From Hemiscyllium ocellatum (Eukaryota), in assembly GCF_020745735.1 (NCBI RefSeq), contig NW_026867526.1, positions 474,416 to 538,415 on the forward strand: 64,000 nucleotides of DNA, given 5' to 3'. The notes below the pieces were generated by a model. The model was not told the DNA's origin, did not search any database, and worked only from the letters and a program-made list of their open reading frames with translations. Shown piece by piece: positions 46,595-59,599 of the stretch (the stretch's first letter is position 1; each line of letters begins with the position of its first letter). The position numbers and the translations under genes were made by a program.

Positions 46595-47895
46595 CAGAAC
46601 CTCTACAGTGTGGAAGTAGGCCATTTGGCACAACAGGCCCACACTATCAGTCCCATTTCACTAACGTGCAAAAGTACAGCCACAAATCAAGAGCTTGGAA
46701 AGCTAAGCGATGATCAAACCACTACAGTGTACCCAATGTGCAGGGCAATTTCATCCCATTATGTGTCAATTTCATCCACATCGATGTGGATGTTTTAAAG
46801 AATTGATGAGTGAATTTTTGAAGCCAGGAATATGACCAATCCATCACATTGAGGACTTGTCTGGAAAACCACAGATGCCCTGTCCTTTACTAGCTGAATA
46901 TGAGCCATACGGACAGGGCATTGTCCTTCAGTGAGGATTCCCATAAATATGCTGCAGTTGATACCCATAAGGGGTGTAACCACTGTACTTGAATGCCTTT
47001 GTTTTGGGATATCATTCCAGTGAATTGTTCCAGTGAATGGTGAAGAACAGTTTGCAAGGTCTTCCCATGGTCCCTATTTATCTGAATATTTGCTAATCAC
47101 TGGGAAGTTCAATAAAGATCATTTAATGTTGATCCAAGGCTTTAGGAGGAAAACAAATGTGTTCCAAGGCACCCCAAGTGACATAATTAAGCTACAACAT
47201 GGACAAGTGGGTAGCACACATTGAAAGATAAACAAGGGCAGCCAAGGGGCCATCGGCTCCCACGTCTGCATCGGAGCTTCTAGTCTTTCCTTGGGTTGGT
47301 GAAATATGACGGAAAATTGTGTAATCACCTGACCTCCATTTTGGCAGCTGAGATTTGGTATTCAGAAAGGGCCAACTTTGCAAATACTCACGTCACCAAG
47401 AAGAACCCTAACAAGAATTGAAAAAGCAGCTATCATCATTTAATGTCTTGGCACAGGATGATCTCCAGTGAGATGTGCCGCTGACGTGCGAAGCCTCACC
47501 ATATGGTATCCGGTTACTGCTGCTCACTGACAGAGAGGACTGCCTGATAGTATGTGCTTCCCAGAGTCTGTCTGAAACTGAATGGGTCAGCTTTGCAAAT
47601 AGTCACAGCGCCAAGAAGTAGCCTTTTGGGAATTGAACAAGCAGCTCTCGTCATTTAATGTTTCAGCACAGAATAATCCCCAGTGAGCTGTGGTGCTGAC
47701 ATGCAAAGCTTCCACATATGGTATCAAGTTCCTGTTCACTCCAGTGAACCTCATTGAATATAATTTCTCAAGTTGTGCCTGGTAACCTGATCCAGTCAGG
47801 GAGTCCTGTCTGGCAGGTGTGTCAGGGGTTCTGCTCTCTCGAGGAGCCATCTTTATGAAAGCTAGGTCAGAATCATGTACTGTGCACATGGAAAT
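46595..47895 (+). mobile_element. Gypsy RT-RNaseH remnant with short internal re-start near 47580 and LTR remnant
   Basis: YLSEYLLITGK region; RNaseH start occurs twice (47380 and 47600). Confidence 0.8.
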
Positions 47896-47899
47896 TATT

Positions 47900-48575
47900 T
47901 GAATTGCATCCCACAGCAAATTATACTCAAGGAGATCAGCAATACCTAATCTTGGATGAAACAGATAAGTCTGTCCTCCAACTTAAGAAACAGGCTGCAG
48001 GTGCAAATGGCATTCCCACTGAGGCATTGAAGTGTAGAGGTACTGAGCTCCCAATGCAGCTGCATGCCCTTGTCTGCCTTATCTGGAAGTAGGAGAGCTT
48101 CCCAGAAGAGCTCCAAGATGCCAAAGTTGTAAGTATTTTATGAAGAGATGGACATGTCAGACTGTGGTAACTACAGAGGAATATCCCTGATGTCAACCAT
48201 TGGAAATGTATCACCAAAGTCCTTTTCAACTTTCTCCTCCCTGTGACTGAGGAAGTCCTTCCAGGATCTCAGTGTGGCTTTCAGCCAGAGAGTGATCCAT
48301 TGAACATGATTTTCACTGCTGTATATGGCCCTCTGGGATCTTTAAAAAGGCCTTTAACATCATCAATCGGGAAGTATTTCTCGAGCGTTCTTCTTTGCTT
48401 TACTTGTACCATGATGTTTGTCACCATCCTTCACCTGCTCCACAATGATGTGTAATTCATCAAAATGACAAACAGCTTCAACACCTACCCATTCACCCTC
48501 TCAACCGGTGTCGAACAGGGCTATGTCATCACTGCAACACTTCCGAATCTACCTCACTGTCAGACCTCACTGCCA
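47900..48575 (+). mobile_element. RTE LINE RT fragment (copy B, monomer 1)
   Basis: LDETDKSVLQLKKQAAGANGIPTEALK; TGVEQGYVI. Confidence 0.88.
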
Positions 48576-48819
48576 GCAAGCTGCCCACTTGTGATCCAAG
48601 GGGCTTTAATTGTAGTCCTGAACCATTGCTGTCCCAGATGTTTTTGGTGGGGATTGTTGTGAGTGATATGTTATTTTTAGTTGAAATGTGCAGGTATGCT
48701 TTCTCTGAATTTTAAACTATTATTGTTCATTTCCCAGGAGTTTTCAATTGCAACAGAGCAGAGATTTATTTTATTGAAAATAGCATTTAGTTGTTTAGTT
48801 TTTTATTTGGTTGAAAGGA

Positions 48820-48910
48820 ACAAATGCTGGAGATCACAGCAGGTCAGACAGCATCCACGAGAGAGGGCAGCTAGTATTTCAAAACCAAATGAGTCCTCAT
48901 CAGAGCTGTT
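48820..48910 (-). mobile_element. Penelope pLTR module retaining CUGAUGA and GAAA
   Basis: cagct-CTGATGA-ggactcatttggtttt-GAAA-tact-agctg; weak stem II and U16.1 replaced. Confidence 0.7.
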
Positions 48911-49552
48911 CGTGTGTTGTCTAATTTGCTTGAGTATATATTTATTTTGACCCCCAGTAGCTCCTGCTCACAAGTGGTCAGTGGGGCAGGGAAAGCCAGT
49001 TTTTGCCTGTTTAACAAAAAAGACACAATTGCTCTGGGGAAAGCTAGAAAGAAGTAAGCAAAGTGAAAGCAGTTTAATTTCTGTTTTGAATGAGTGCACC
49101 ATTTTTCCCGGTGATGTGTCTGATTCAGGAATGTCTGATGCAGGCAGGATCAGGGCATCTTGGTTTTATTTTTCCATTTACATCTTTGGTTTTAAAAGAG
49201 TGGAGGCCTGTGACAAATGCAGGGATTGGGACTGGGTGTAATGCCAGTTTTCATTTCTGTCATGGATTGGAATGTGAATATGAATGTGAATGTTAAACAG
49301 CATCAGGAACTTCAATACCAGCCACAAACCTCCATTTTGCTCATGAGGCACTTTACTACATTGGACAAAATGTGCTGTTTAAACCATTGGAAAGGCATGC
49401 ATGGGGAACAGGCATGGTCGAAGTAAAGGACATGATGTCGGAGAAGCATTCCTGAACAAATGTGAGGATCACATGATAGCTGTAACCCGCAAGTGACCAA
49501 GAGCATGGCATAACCAGCTCCTCAGATGGCAAGGATGTCCGCACCTGTGGGT

Positions 49553-49864
49553 TTAGATTAGACTTACAGTGTGGAAACAGGCCCTTCGGCCCAACAAGTC
49601 CACACCGACCCGCCGAAGCACAACCCACCCATGCCCCTACATTTACCCCTTACCTAACACTATGGGCAATTTAGCTTGGCCAATTCACCTGACCAGCACA
49701 TCTTTGTGACTGTGGGAGGAAACCGGAGCACCCGGAGGAAACCCACGCAGACACGGGGAGAGCGTGCAAACTCCACACAGTCAGTCGCCTGAGTCGGGAA
49801 TTGAACCCGGGTCTACAGGCGCTGTGAGGCAACAGTGCTAACCACTGTGCCACCGTGCCGCCCA
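49553..49864 (-). mobile_element. HE1 SINE, young, specific to copy B
   Basis: Full-length, near-identical to 20686-21011; absent at the matching site ~19085. Confidence 0.93.
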
Positions 49865-50149
49865 CTCTCCTCACTCTCCCAGTGTAGAAGAAACCTCAAG
49901 GCAGATGTGGCAGCCTTGATGCCATTACCAACTGCAGAAGAAGATAAATTTCTGCTGGTCAACAGTCCAGCACATGGTGACAGTAACCAAGCCAGAATCT
50001 GAGGAAGTTGACCTCGTGGGAAAATGGTTATGGCTGGTCACCTTGTCCAGTTAGGGAGTCCTGATTGGCAGATATGTCAGGGGTCCTGCTCACTCGATGA
50101 GCCGCCTCTATTGAAAGCCAGGTCAGTGTTGTATACTGAGCATGTGGAA

Positions 50150-50798
50150 ATTCTTGAATTGCATCCAGCAGCAAATTACACTCAGGGAATTCAGTTATCG
50201 CCTAGCCTTGGTGAAAAGGCAGACCTCCAGCTCAAGAACAAGGCTGCAGGTGCAAATGGTATTCCCCTGAAGCATTGAAGTGTGGAGGCACTGAGCTCCC
50301 AGTGTAGCTGCATGTCCTTGTGTGCCCTATCTAAAAGGTGGAGAGCATCCCGGGAGGGCTCCCACATGCCAAAGTTAGCATTGTCAACAAAGGGAACATG
50401 TCAAACTGTGGTAACTGCAAGGTCAAATCCCTGATGGCAACCATTGGAAAACTCATCGCCAAGGTCCTTTTCAAGTGGCTCCTCCCTATGGTTGAGGAAC
50501 TCCTTCCAGAGTCTCAGTGTGGCTTTGGCCCCAGAAAGTTACAATGGACATGGTTTTCACTGATGTCTTGGACCCTCATGGACTTTACAAAGGCCTTTGA
50601 CACAATCAATTGAGAAGCATTTGTGGTGTTCTTCTCCAATTTAGTTGCAACATGAAGTTAGCCGTGGTCTTTGTCCTGATCGACAACAAAGTGTAAATCA
50701 TTATAATGGCAAACAGGGTCACCACCTGCCCATTTCCCCCTCTGAACCAGTGTCGAGCAGGGCCAAGTCATCACCTGAACACTGTTCTGAATCTGTGG
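50150..50798 (+). mobile_element. RTE LINE RT fragment (copy B, monomer 2)
   Basis: ORF 50338-50613 ...VEELLPESQCGF; DFTKAFDTIN. Confidence 0.88.
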
Positions 50799-51184
50799 AC
50801 AGAAGGGTGAGCCAATTTTTGTGTATATATTTTTTTTGCCGTTCCCCAGAGTCATAGTGTCTTCATTTTTGGTTGATACACTAATAGTTGCTTTAATTCT
50901 TGTTTTGAAATAGCAGAGTTACAAAAAATCACCAGGTTCATCCAAATGTTTGTTTGGAAATTTTATTTTTCGGAACGCTGCTGGTAGTTCTTCTAAATGA
51001 ACATGATGAGCGATTTTTAACTTTGTTGACCCCACTCCAACGCTGGGCCCCACCTAGTCTTGAAAGAGCAGAGTGTTTCACCCGGTGCTGTGCCTGTCTT
51101 GGGATTATCTGATGCAGGAAATATCAGGTGTTCTTGGTTTCTTTCCTTTTACATCTTTGGTTTTAGAAGAGTGGAGGATTGTTG

Positions 51185-51725
51185 ATCAAACTGGAGACCT
51201 GTGACGAATAAAAGAATTGGTGCTGGGTCCATTGCCATTTGTCATTTATGTAAATGGATTAGCATTGAGAATATAGGAAACATAAGTTGCATGTATGAAA
51301 CGAGCTGCCAAAGAATGTGGCGGAGGCTGGTGCAACTCCAATATTTAAAAGGCATCTGGATGGAAATACGAATAGCAAGAGTTTTGATGGATATGAGCCA
51401 AGTGCTGGCGAATGGGACTGGGTACATTTAGAATATGTGGTTGGCATATTGAGTTGGAGTGAAGAGTCTGTTTGCATGTTATACATCTCTGCAACTCTAT
51501 GTTTAGTGATTTTGCAGATGTCACCAAGCTTGCCGTATACTGGATAGTGAAGTAGGTGATGAAAGATTCCAAATGTGTCCTCATCAATTGGGCCAATGGG
51601 CCGAGGAGTGGCAGATGGAGTTTAGTCTTGATAAATGTAAGATGTTCCATTTTGCTTAGATGGACAAGGCAAGACTTTCACAGTTAATGGTAAGGCCTCT
51701 GGAGAATTGCCGAAGAGCAACCTAA
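51185..51725 (+). mobile_element. CR1 RT fragments with embedded CR1 3' end (copy B, monomer 2)
   Basis: Paralog of 21565-21970. Confidence 0.8.
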
Positions 51726-51789
51726 GGTTTGATAGAACCTCTATAATGCGGAAGCCGGCCATTTGGACTGTCGAGTCCACACGACCAGT

Positions 51790-54225
51790 GCCACTTGATG
51801 TGCGTGCAAATGTAGAGGCAGCATTCATGAGGCTGGAAAGTGAAGCAATAATAAAACCACTATGTTTACTGTGTCCACTGTAATGGTCGTCGCCATTGTT
51901 GGTCAGTTTGCCTTTGTGGAGATTGTCATGAAACAGTGATCTGTATTTTGCAGCCAGATAAATAACTGATCTGGCACATTGAGGCCTTAAATGCAAAACT
52001 TTATAGACTTTGTACTTCATGAAGACGATTTTGAGAGATTGTGCACAGCAATTAAATGGTTCTCTAGGGTCTTAGAAGGAAAAATGTGTATTCCAAGGCA
52101 TTCCAAGTGACCTCCTTGAGCTATAGCATCATCAAGACCAGATTAAACACGTTGCAAAATTAAGTGAGGTCAATCAAGGGTGCCCTGGCACCCAGCAGAG
52201 CTTCGATCTTACCTTGGTTTGGTGAAATATTCTGGATGCTTCTGTAATGTCCTGGCTTCCATCTTGGCAGCTTGGATTTGCTATTCAGAAATGATCAGCA
52301 TTGCAAATGATCTCATCGCCCAGAAGTAACCTTTAGGGAAGTGAAAAAGCAGGTATTGTAGATGGTGTTAGCACACAATAGTCCCCAGTGAGCTGTAGTG
52401 CTGTCATGTGATGCCTCCCAATACAGTTTGAGGTGACTGCTGGCTCACTGATGGCTTGGCAGCCATGGTATATGTTTCTCAAACTTTGACTAATGTCAAA
52501 TGAAGACATGTCCAGATAGAGAAGGAAGGTTTGGTGGTAATCCTTTGTGTGAGAAAGGGACACCAATACCTTTTAGGACATCAATTTGAAATATAAATGG
52601 ACCACAAACCGCTGCCAGGGAGACCTGATGATGACAGGGCCATCACACCTCAGGCTTCAGGTCAGATTCAGTGGGCTGTCATGCTGAGTGCATAAACCCT
52701 CAGAAACCTGAGTGAGCAATCATGTGTTAAATGCAGTTGTGTGAAGCCTAATCCCTCCGGTAGGTACACGATGGTGGGTGCCAGCAGTGAAAGAGTCTGT
52801 TCTGTTTTTAAACATTGTGGGCATGCTTCCCATCATCTCTGACCATATCAGACTGTGGGTACAAAAAGATCCCTTCCTGGTGAATCACAAACAGGTGGTG
52901 GTGTTGGAAATGAAAGGGGCATCACAACCAGAATTGAATCCTTTCTGGACTTGGTGAGACTCGATGTCCATTGAGGATGGCATAGCAATACGGGGAGCAA
53001 GTGTGTTTGTCCCAAGCAAAGATCACTGTCAGATACTGGCTGAACTCCACCAGGGTCATCCTGTGATTTCCAAAATGAAGGTGTTGACAAGATGTTTTGT
53101 CTGGTGGCCGGGATCAGATGCCGACGCAGCCATGTTTGTGGGTCAATGGCTAGAGTACCAACAAAGACAAAGATTGCCACCAGCAGCTGCACCACATCCA
53201 TAGAACTGGTCAGGTAAAACCTGGACTCATTTGCATGTCAACTGTGCCAGTGCTTTCATGGTGGTTATCCATTTAATCATTGTGTACACACAATGTGGTT
53301 GGATGTGCATGTCGTGGATTTGTCAAATGTGGGGATGACAATTGAAAAGTTGTGAGGATCTTTTACAGTACACAGAAACTGGACATGCTGGTCCCAGCTA
53401 GCAGGCCATCATTTAGCAGGAGGGAGCCTTGTGTCTTTCCTAAAGTGGAATGATATTCAGCATGTAAGGACAGCTGCATCTGTTGTCTGATAGTCTGGGG
53501 GAAAGAGCAGTCCAAACATTGAAAGAAAGTTTAAAGATACAGCCTGCAACTTTAGTCAATACACAAGTGTCCCAATTTGTGATTGAGTATAAAACCAGCA
53601 CTCACACAAATACAGGAACAGAAGCATTGGTATTTCAGAGAAGACTCCACTCCAGATTAAATCTGATGTTCTTCCAACCTTGTGGAGTGTGTGAAAAGGT
53701 GTCATGAACACCAATGCTGGCCGGAAGACATTTCTATACGAGAGAGGCAGTTTAGTCCAGGAGACACAATTTGCTGTTACAACAATTGGAATTGCCATGC
53801 ATGCGTAAGAGGCATGGTCGAATGCTGTACACTTCTCAAGGCAGAGAGGAGATCCTGATTCAGTATTTGTGTCAACTGATAGCTATTACATCAAAAGTGG
53901 GGCAGGAAGAAAACATACCCAGCCACTCGGAACATCCAACAGGTTGCCAGAAACTGTGGGTTCTCCCTGTCCTCCCAGTGTCCAAGAAACCTCTGAGGGC
54001 AAGATTGACATGGCAGATATCGCAGCCTTGATGCCATTACCACCAGCAGAAAAAGATGAATCCCTGCTGAGATGCTCAATGGGTAAGAGGTAGGCCGCAG
54101 TCCAGTACATGCCAGCAGTATCTGGCAGTCCAGGCAGACAGATGTGTTAGCAGTTCTGCTCACTCGAGTTTCCAGCTCTGTAAAGTCTCGCTGAAGTATC
54201 ACGCAGTGTGCATGTGTACATTGTT
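51790..54225 (+). mobile_element. Gypsy pol pseudogene (copy B, monomer 2)
   Basis: ORFs 52964-53203 and 53483-53707 match 23404 and 23923. Confidence 0.9.
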
Positions 54226-54229
54226 GATT

Positions 54230-54865
54230 TGCTTCGCCCAGCATATTACACGCAAGGAGCTCAGCTTTACCATGCCTTGAATGGATCAGAGATGGCCATC
54301 CACCCGATGAGGAAGACTACAGCTGCAAATGGCTCTTCCCGTGAGGCATTGATGTGTGAAGTATTGAGCTCCCAGTGCAGTTGAATCCCTTGCCTGAATG
54401 ATCTGGTAGGAGGAGGGCACCCCAGGAGAGCTCCCAGATGACAAAGTCATTAGTGCTTTCAAAAATGGCAACATGTCAGACTGTTGTAACCACAGGGGAA
54501 CATCCCTGATGGTGACCACTGGAAACTCATCACCAACTGTCTCTTCCCTGTAGCTGAGGAACTCCTCCCAGAGTCTCAGCGTCAGTCAACCATAATCGAG
54601 CACAATAGACATGGTTTTCACTGCTGTATATGTCCCTCTTGAACCTAATAAAGGCCTTTGACACCATCAGTTGGGAAGCATTTGTGGAACATTCTTCTCC
54701 GCTTAGTTGCAGCTTGAAGTTTGTAACCATCCTTCGACACTTCCGCAAATGTATGTATGTAATCGTAATGACAAACGGCTCCAACACCTACCCAGTTGAG
54801 CAGGGCTGTGTCATCAACTCAACACTGTCCTGAATCGACCTCGCTGCAGGGTGTCATTGCCGACA
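54230..54865 (+). mobile_element. RTE LINE RT fragment (copy B, monomer 3)
   Basis: LNLIKAFDTISWEA...KFVTILR. Confidence 0.85.
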
Positions 54866-54972
54866 ATCTGCTCATTTTGAGCCCAGGTGGCTTTTATTGT
54901 AGTCCTGCATTTTCGCTGTCCCAGAAGCTCTTGTTGGACTTCAGTATGAGGGTTTAGATACTTTTCTTTGAC

Positions 54973-55285
54973 GTGGGAGACACAGTGGCACAGTGGTTAG
55001 CAATGCAGCCTCACAGCGCCAGAGACCTGGGTTCCATTCCTGCCTCAGGCAACTGTCTGTGTGGAGTTTGCACATTCTCCCTGCATGGGTTTCCTCTGTG
55101 TGCTCCAGTTTCCTCCCACAGTCCAAAAATGTTCAGGTTAGGTGAATTGGCCATTCTAAATTGCCAGTCGTATTTGTTGAGGGGGTAAATGTCGAGGAAT
55201 GGGTCTGGGTGGGTTCCTCTTTGGAGGGTCGGTGTGGGCTTGTTGGGCCGAAGGGCCTGTTTCCACACTGTAAGTAATCTAATCT
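54973..55285 (+). mobile_element. HE1 SINE shared with copy A
   Basis: Same insertion site as 25562-25855. Confidence 0.92.
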
Positions 55286-55384
55286 GTGAGCAGTTGTAGG
55301 ACTTCTGGATTTTAACAAATATTGTTCCTTTCCCAGGAGTGTTCCATAGCAACAAAGCAGAGAGCATTTTTTATTTCATTGAAA

Positions 55385-55478
55385 AGAGCAAATGCTGGAG
55401 ATCACAGTGGGTCAGACAGCATCCATGAGAGAGAGCAAGCTAAGTTTTAGTGTTGAGACGTCTCCTCATCAGAGCTGT
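55385..55478 (-). mobile_element. Penelope pLTR module (copy B, monomer 3)
   Basis: Paralog of 25955-26050. Confidence 0.7.
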
Positions 55479-55709
55479 TCATTTATTGTTTGCTTTCTGT
55501 GATTTGCTTGAGGTTAGTTTTATATTGGCCCCTTGTGGCCCCTGCCCACGAGTGCTTGGTGGGGACTGAGTCCAGGGAGAGCCAGTTTGCGATTGTTTAT
55601 TTCCTCCTGACTTTGCCCAGAGGAATAGTATGTTTTTGTTTTGTTTTAGAAATTGAAAGCAGGTTTAGTTTCTGTTTTAAGAGCAGAGTGTATGCCGCAG
55701 TGTGGTGCC

Positions 55710-56665
55710 TGATCTTGGGAATGTCTGTTGCAGGCAGTGAGGGATGTTTTTCAGGCTGGAGGCCTGTGGTGAATACAGGAATGGATGCTGGGTCCAATTC
55801 CATTTTTCATTTATGTAAAAGATTTCAATGAGAATATAGGATGCATGGTTTGTGAGGAATGGCAGGTCAAGTTTAATTTTAATAAATGCAATATGTTGCA
55901 CTTTGGTTAGAGGGACAGGACAAGATTTACACAGTTCACAGTAGGGCTTGTGGAGTGTTGTCAAACAGAGAGACCTCGGGGTTGGCAGAATGTCTTGGTG
56001 ACCAATTACATCGATCCCTGAAATTTCCCATCCAGGTTGGTAGGCCTGTCAAGAAAGCATACGATGTTAGCTTTTCTTGGTAGAGGTATTGAGTTTCTGA
56101 GCCATGAGGTCATGTTGCAGCTGTAGAAAACTCTGGTTTGGCCACACTTCGAGTATTGTGTGCTTTCTGGTCACTGCATTATAGGAAGGATGCAGATTGT
56201 TGGGAAAGGGTTCAGAGGCGATTTATTAGGATGTTGTCTGGTCTGAAGGGAAGTTCTTTTGAAGAAAGGCTGAGGGACTTGAGGCTGTTTTCATTCGAGA
56301 GAAAAAGGTTGAGAGGTGACTTAATTGAAATATCTGGGGCAATCAGAAGATTCAGGGTGGAGAGTGAGAGTCTTTTTCAACGGATGGTGATGGCTCACAT
56401 GAGGGGACACAGCTTTAAATCGAGGAGTGATTGATGCAGGACAGATGTCAGAGGTAGTTTCTTTACTCAGAGAGTTGTACGGGTGTGGAATGCCCTGCCT
56501 GCAACTGTTGTAGACTCACCTAATTTATGGGAATTTAAATGGTCATTGGATAAACTATGGATGAAAATGAAATTGTGCAGGATAGATGGGCTTCAGATTG
56601 GTTCCACAAGTCATTGCATCATCGAGGGTTGAAGGACCTGTGCTGCGCTCTAATGGTCTCTGTTG
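55710..56665 (+). mobile_element. CR1 RT to 3' tail (copy B, monomer 3)
   Basis: ORF 56138-56434, paralog of 26704-26997. Confidence 0.88.
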
Positions 56666-56669
56666 TATG

Positions 56670-57205
56670 CCCTGAACAAACGTGCAGATAACAGGACAGC
56701 TGCAAATTCTCAAGTGGCCAGTCTCAAAACATACCCAGCCCCTCAGAACATCTGGCACGGCTGTCCGAACCTTTGGGTTCTCCCCGTCTCCCCATTGTGG
56801 AAGAAACTTCTGAGGGCGAGATGGACGTGGCAGATGTCTCAGCCTTGACACCTTTACCCACCAGCAGAAGAAGATAAATCTTTTCTGAGACGCAAGAAGT
56901 GGGCCACAGTACAGCATGGCACCTTTGTTCAAGCCAGAGCCCGAGGAAGTGGACCGAGTGGGAAGATGACTCAGGAAAGTGACAGGAAAGAGAATGGGCC
57001 CATGTCCCAGGGCTGAGAGGAGGATGGAGGTAGTGATTGGAACGTAGTCACCCAGTGAACCTCAGTAAATATAATTCCCCTGGTTGGGGCTCTTCCCCTG
57101 GTCCAAGCCGGGAGAACTGACTGGCAGGTGTGTCAGGGGTTCTGCTCACTCGAGGAGACATCTGTGTGAAGGCTCGGTCAGTGTCATGTCCTGTGCATGT
57201 GTAAA
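56670..57205 (+). mobile_element. Gypsy 3' end, PPT, LTR remnant (copy B, monomer 3)
   Basis: Paralog of 27217-27770. Confidence 0.75.
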
Positions 57206-57209
57206 TTGT

Positions 57210-57880
57210 TGAAGTGCATCCCGCAGCATGTTGCATGCAAGGAGCTCAGCAGTAACCAAGCCTTAGATGAGACCAAGAAGACTGTCCACCATCTTAAGAA
57301 TGAGACTGTGGGTGCAAGTGGTACTCCCCCGAGTGCGGAGATACTGAGCTCCCCGTGTAGCTGTATGCCCTTGTCTGCCTTACCTGGAAGGAGGAGAACA
57401 TCCCAGGAGAGTTCCCAAATGCCACAGTTGTGAGTGTTATCAAAAAACGGAACACGTCAGAGTGTGGGAACTCCAGGGGAATATTCTCAATGTCGAGCAT
57501 TGGAAAACTCATCGCCAAGGCCCTGTTCAACTCTCTCATCCTAGTGCCTGAGGAACTCCTCCCGGAGACTCAGTCTGGCTTTCTGTCACAGAGGACCACA
57601 ATGGACATGATTGTCACTGCTGCATATCAAGTTCTTCGACCTTACAAAGGCGTTTGACACCATCAATCAGGAAGCATTTTTGAAGTGTTCTTCACCACTT
57701 TAGTTACAGCATGACATTTGTCACCACCCTTCTCCTGGTCCACAATGACAGATGTCATCATCATGACATGGCTTCAACACCTGCCCTTTGCCCCTTTGAA
57801 CTGGTGGTGAGCAGGGCTGTGTCATCACCACAACACTCCTGAACCTAAGTTGCTGCAGGACCACTCCACCGACAAGCTGC
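57210..57880 (+). mobile_element. RTE LINE RT fragment (copy B, monomer 4)
   Basis: SECGNSRGIFSMSSIGKLIAKALFNSL. Confidence 0.85.
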
Positions 57881-58082
57881 CCACATTTACTCCTAGGGGG
57901 CTTTTGTTTTAGTCCTGCACTGTTGTTGTCCCAAAAACACTTGATGGGGTTCAGTGTGAGTGATAAATTATTTTCAGTTGAAATGAGCAGGTGTACTTCC
58001 TCTGGATTGCAACCCATTGTTGTTCTTTTCCCAGGAGTGTTCAATAGCGACATAACAGAGAGGGTTTATTCTTTGAAAAAAC

Positions 58083-58173
58083 CAAATGCTGGATATTACT
58101 GCAGGTCAGACAGCATCCATGAGAGAGAGCAAGCTTGGATATAGAGTCGAGATGATTCCTCATCAGAGCTGTT
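58083..58173 (-). mobile_element. Penelope pLTR module (copy B, monomer 4)
   Basis: CTGATGA retained, GAAA lost. Confidence 0.7.
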
Positions 58174-58219
58174 CATTTATTGTTTCTCTTCTTTGATTGA
58201 CTTGAGTTTCTTTTTATGA

Positions 58220-58810
58220 GGCTACAGGTGCAATAGGTGTTCCCCCTGAGGCATTGAGGTGGATGGGCACTGAGCTCCCAATGCAGCTGCATGCCCTTGT
58301 CTGCCTTACCTGGAAGGAGGAGAGCATCCCAGGAGAGCTCCCAGATGCCACAGTTGTGAGTGTTTTCACAAGAGAACGTGTGAGGCTGTGCTAACTACAG
58401 CAAAATCTCCCTGATGTCGACCATTGGAAAACGTATCACCAAGGTCCTTGTCAACTCTCTCCTGCCTGTGCCTGAGTAACCCATCCTGGAATTTCTGTGT
58501 TCTTCAGCCCCAGACGGGAACAAAGGACAAAATTTTTGCTGTTCTATACGGTGCTCTTAGAACTTTCAAAGTCCTTTGACACCATCAAACAGGAAGCATC
58601 TGTGGAGCATTCTTCTCTGATTTAGTTGCATCATGAACCTTGTCACCATCCCTCACCTGGTCCAGAACGATGTGTGAGTCATTTTAAAGACAAATGGTTT
58701 CAACACTGACCCATTCTGCCTCTGACCCAGTGTCGAGTAGGGCAATGTCATCACCACAAAACAGCTCTGAATCTACCTCACTGCAGGACCTCACCTCAGA
58801 TAAGCTGCCC
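58220..58810 (+). mobile_element. RTE LINE RT fragment (copy B, monomer 5)
   Basis: Paralog of 28790-29365. Confidence 0.85.
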
Positions 58811-59024
58811 ACTTTTAGACCAAGGTGGCTTGTATTGAAGTCCTGCAATGCCGCTAACCAGAAACCCTTGATGGTAGTCAGTGTAAGCAGTACATTGTTT
58901 TTAGTTGAAATGAGCAGGTGTCCTTCCTCTGGATTTTTAACCATTCCCAGATACCCTCCTTAGGACTGTTCAATATTGACAGAGCAGAGAGAGGTGATTT
59001 TTAACATAAATTTTGTTGAAATGA

Positions 59025-59118
59025 ACAAATGCTGGAGATTACAGCGGGTCAGACGAAATCCATGAGAGAGAGCAAGCTAAGATTTTGTGTTAAGATGACT
59101 GTGCATTTGAGCTGTTCA
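59025..59118 (-). mobile_element. Penelope pLTR module (copy B, monomer 5)
   Basis: Paralog of 29590-29680. Confidence 0.65.
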
Positions 59119-59599
59119 TCTGTTGTTTGTTTTATTTGACAACCTTGACTTTATTTTATTTTGGCACTGTGTGACCCATGCCCAGGAGTGGTTGGTGGAC
59201 ACAGGGAGAGCCAGGTTTTAATTGTTTATTTCCTTCTGGTTTTCCCTCAAGGAAAAGTGTGTTTTTTTCGTTTTACAAAGTGAAAGCAGCTTGTGTTTCT
59301 GTTTTGGAAGAGTAGAGTACTATGCCTATTTGGATGAGTGTGTTGCACAGACTGGGTGTTAGTTATCAGACTGGAGGCTTGTGATGAATATATGAATTGG
59401 TGATGTGTCCAATGCTGTTTGTCATTTATGTAAAGGATTGGGTTGAGAAAATAGGGCGCATGGTTTGTAAGGAATGTTAGGCAGAGTATAATTTTGATGC
59501 ATGCAAAATAGTGCATTTGGTATGTGGAATAAGCCAAGACCACATTTGGAATGGCCTGTAGAGTGTTGTCGAACAGAGAGCCCGAGGGTTGACAAAACC

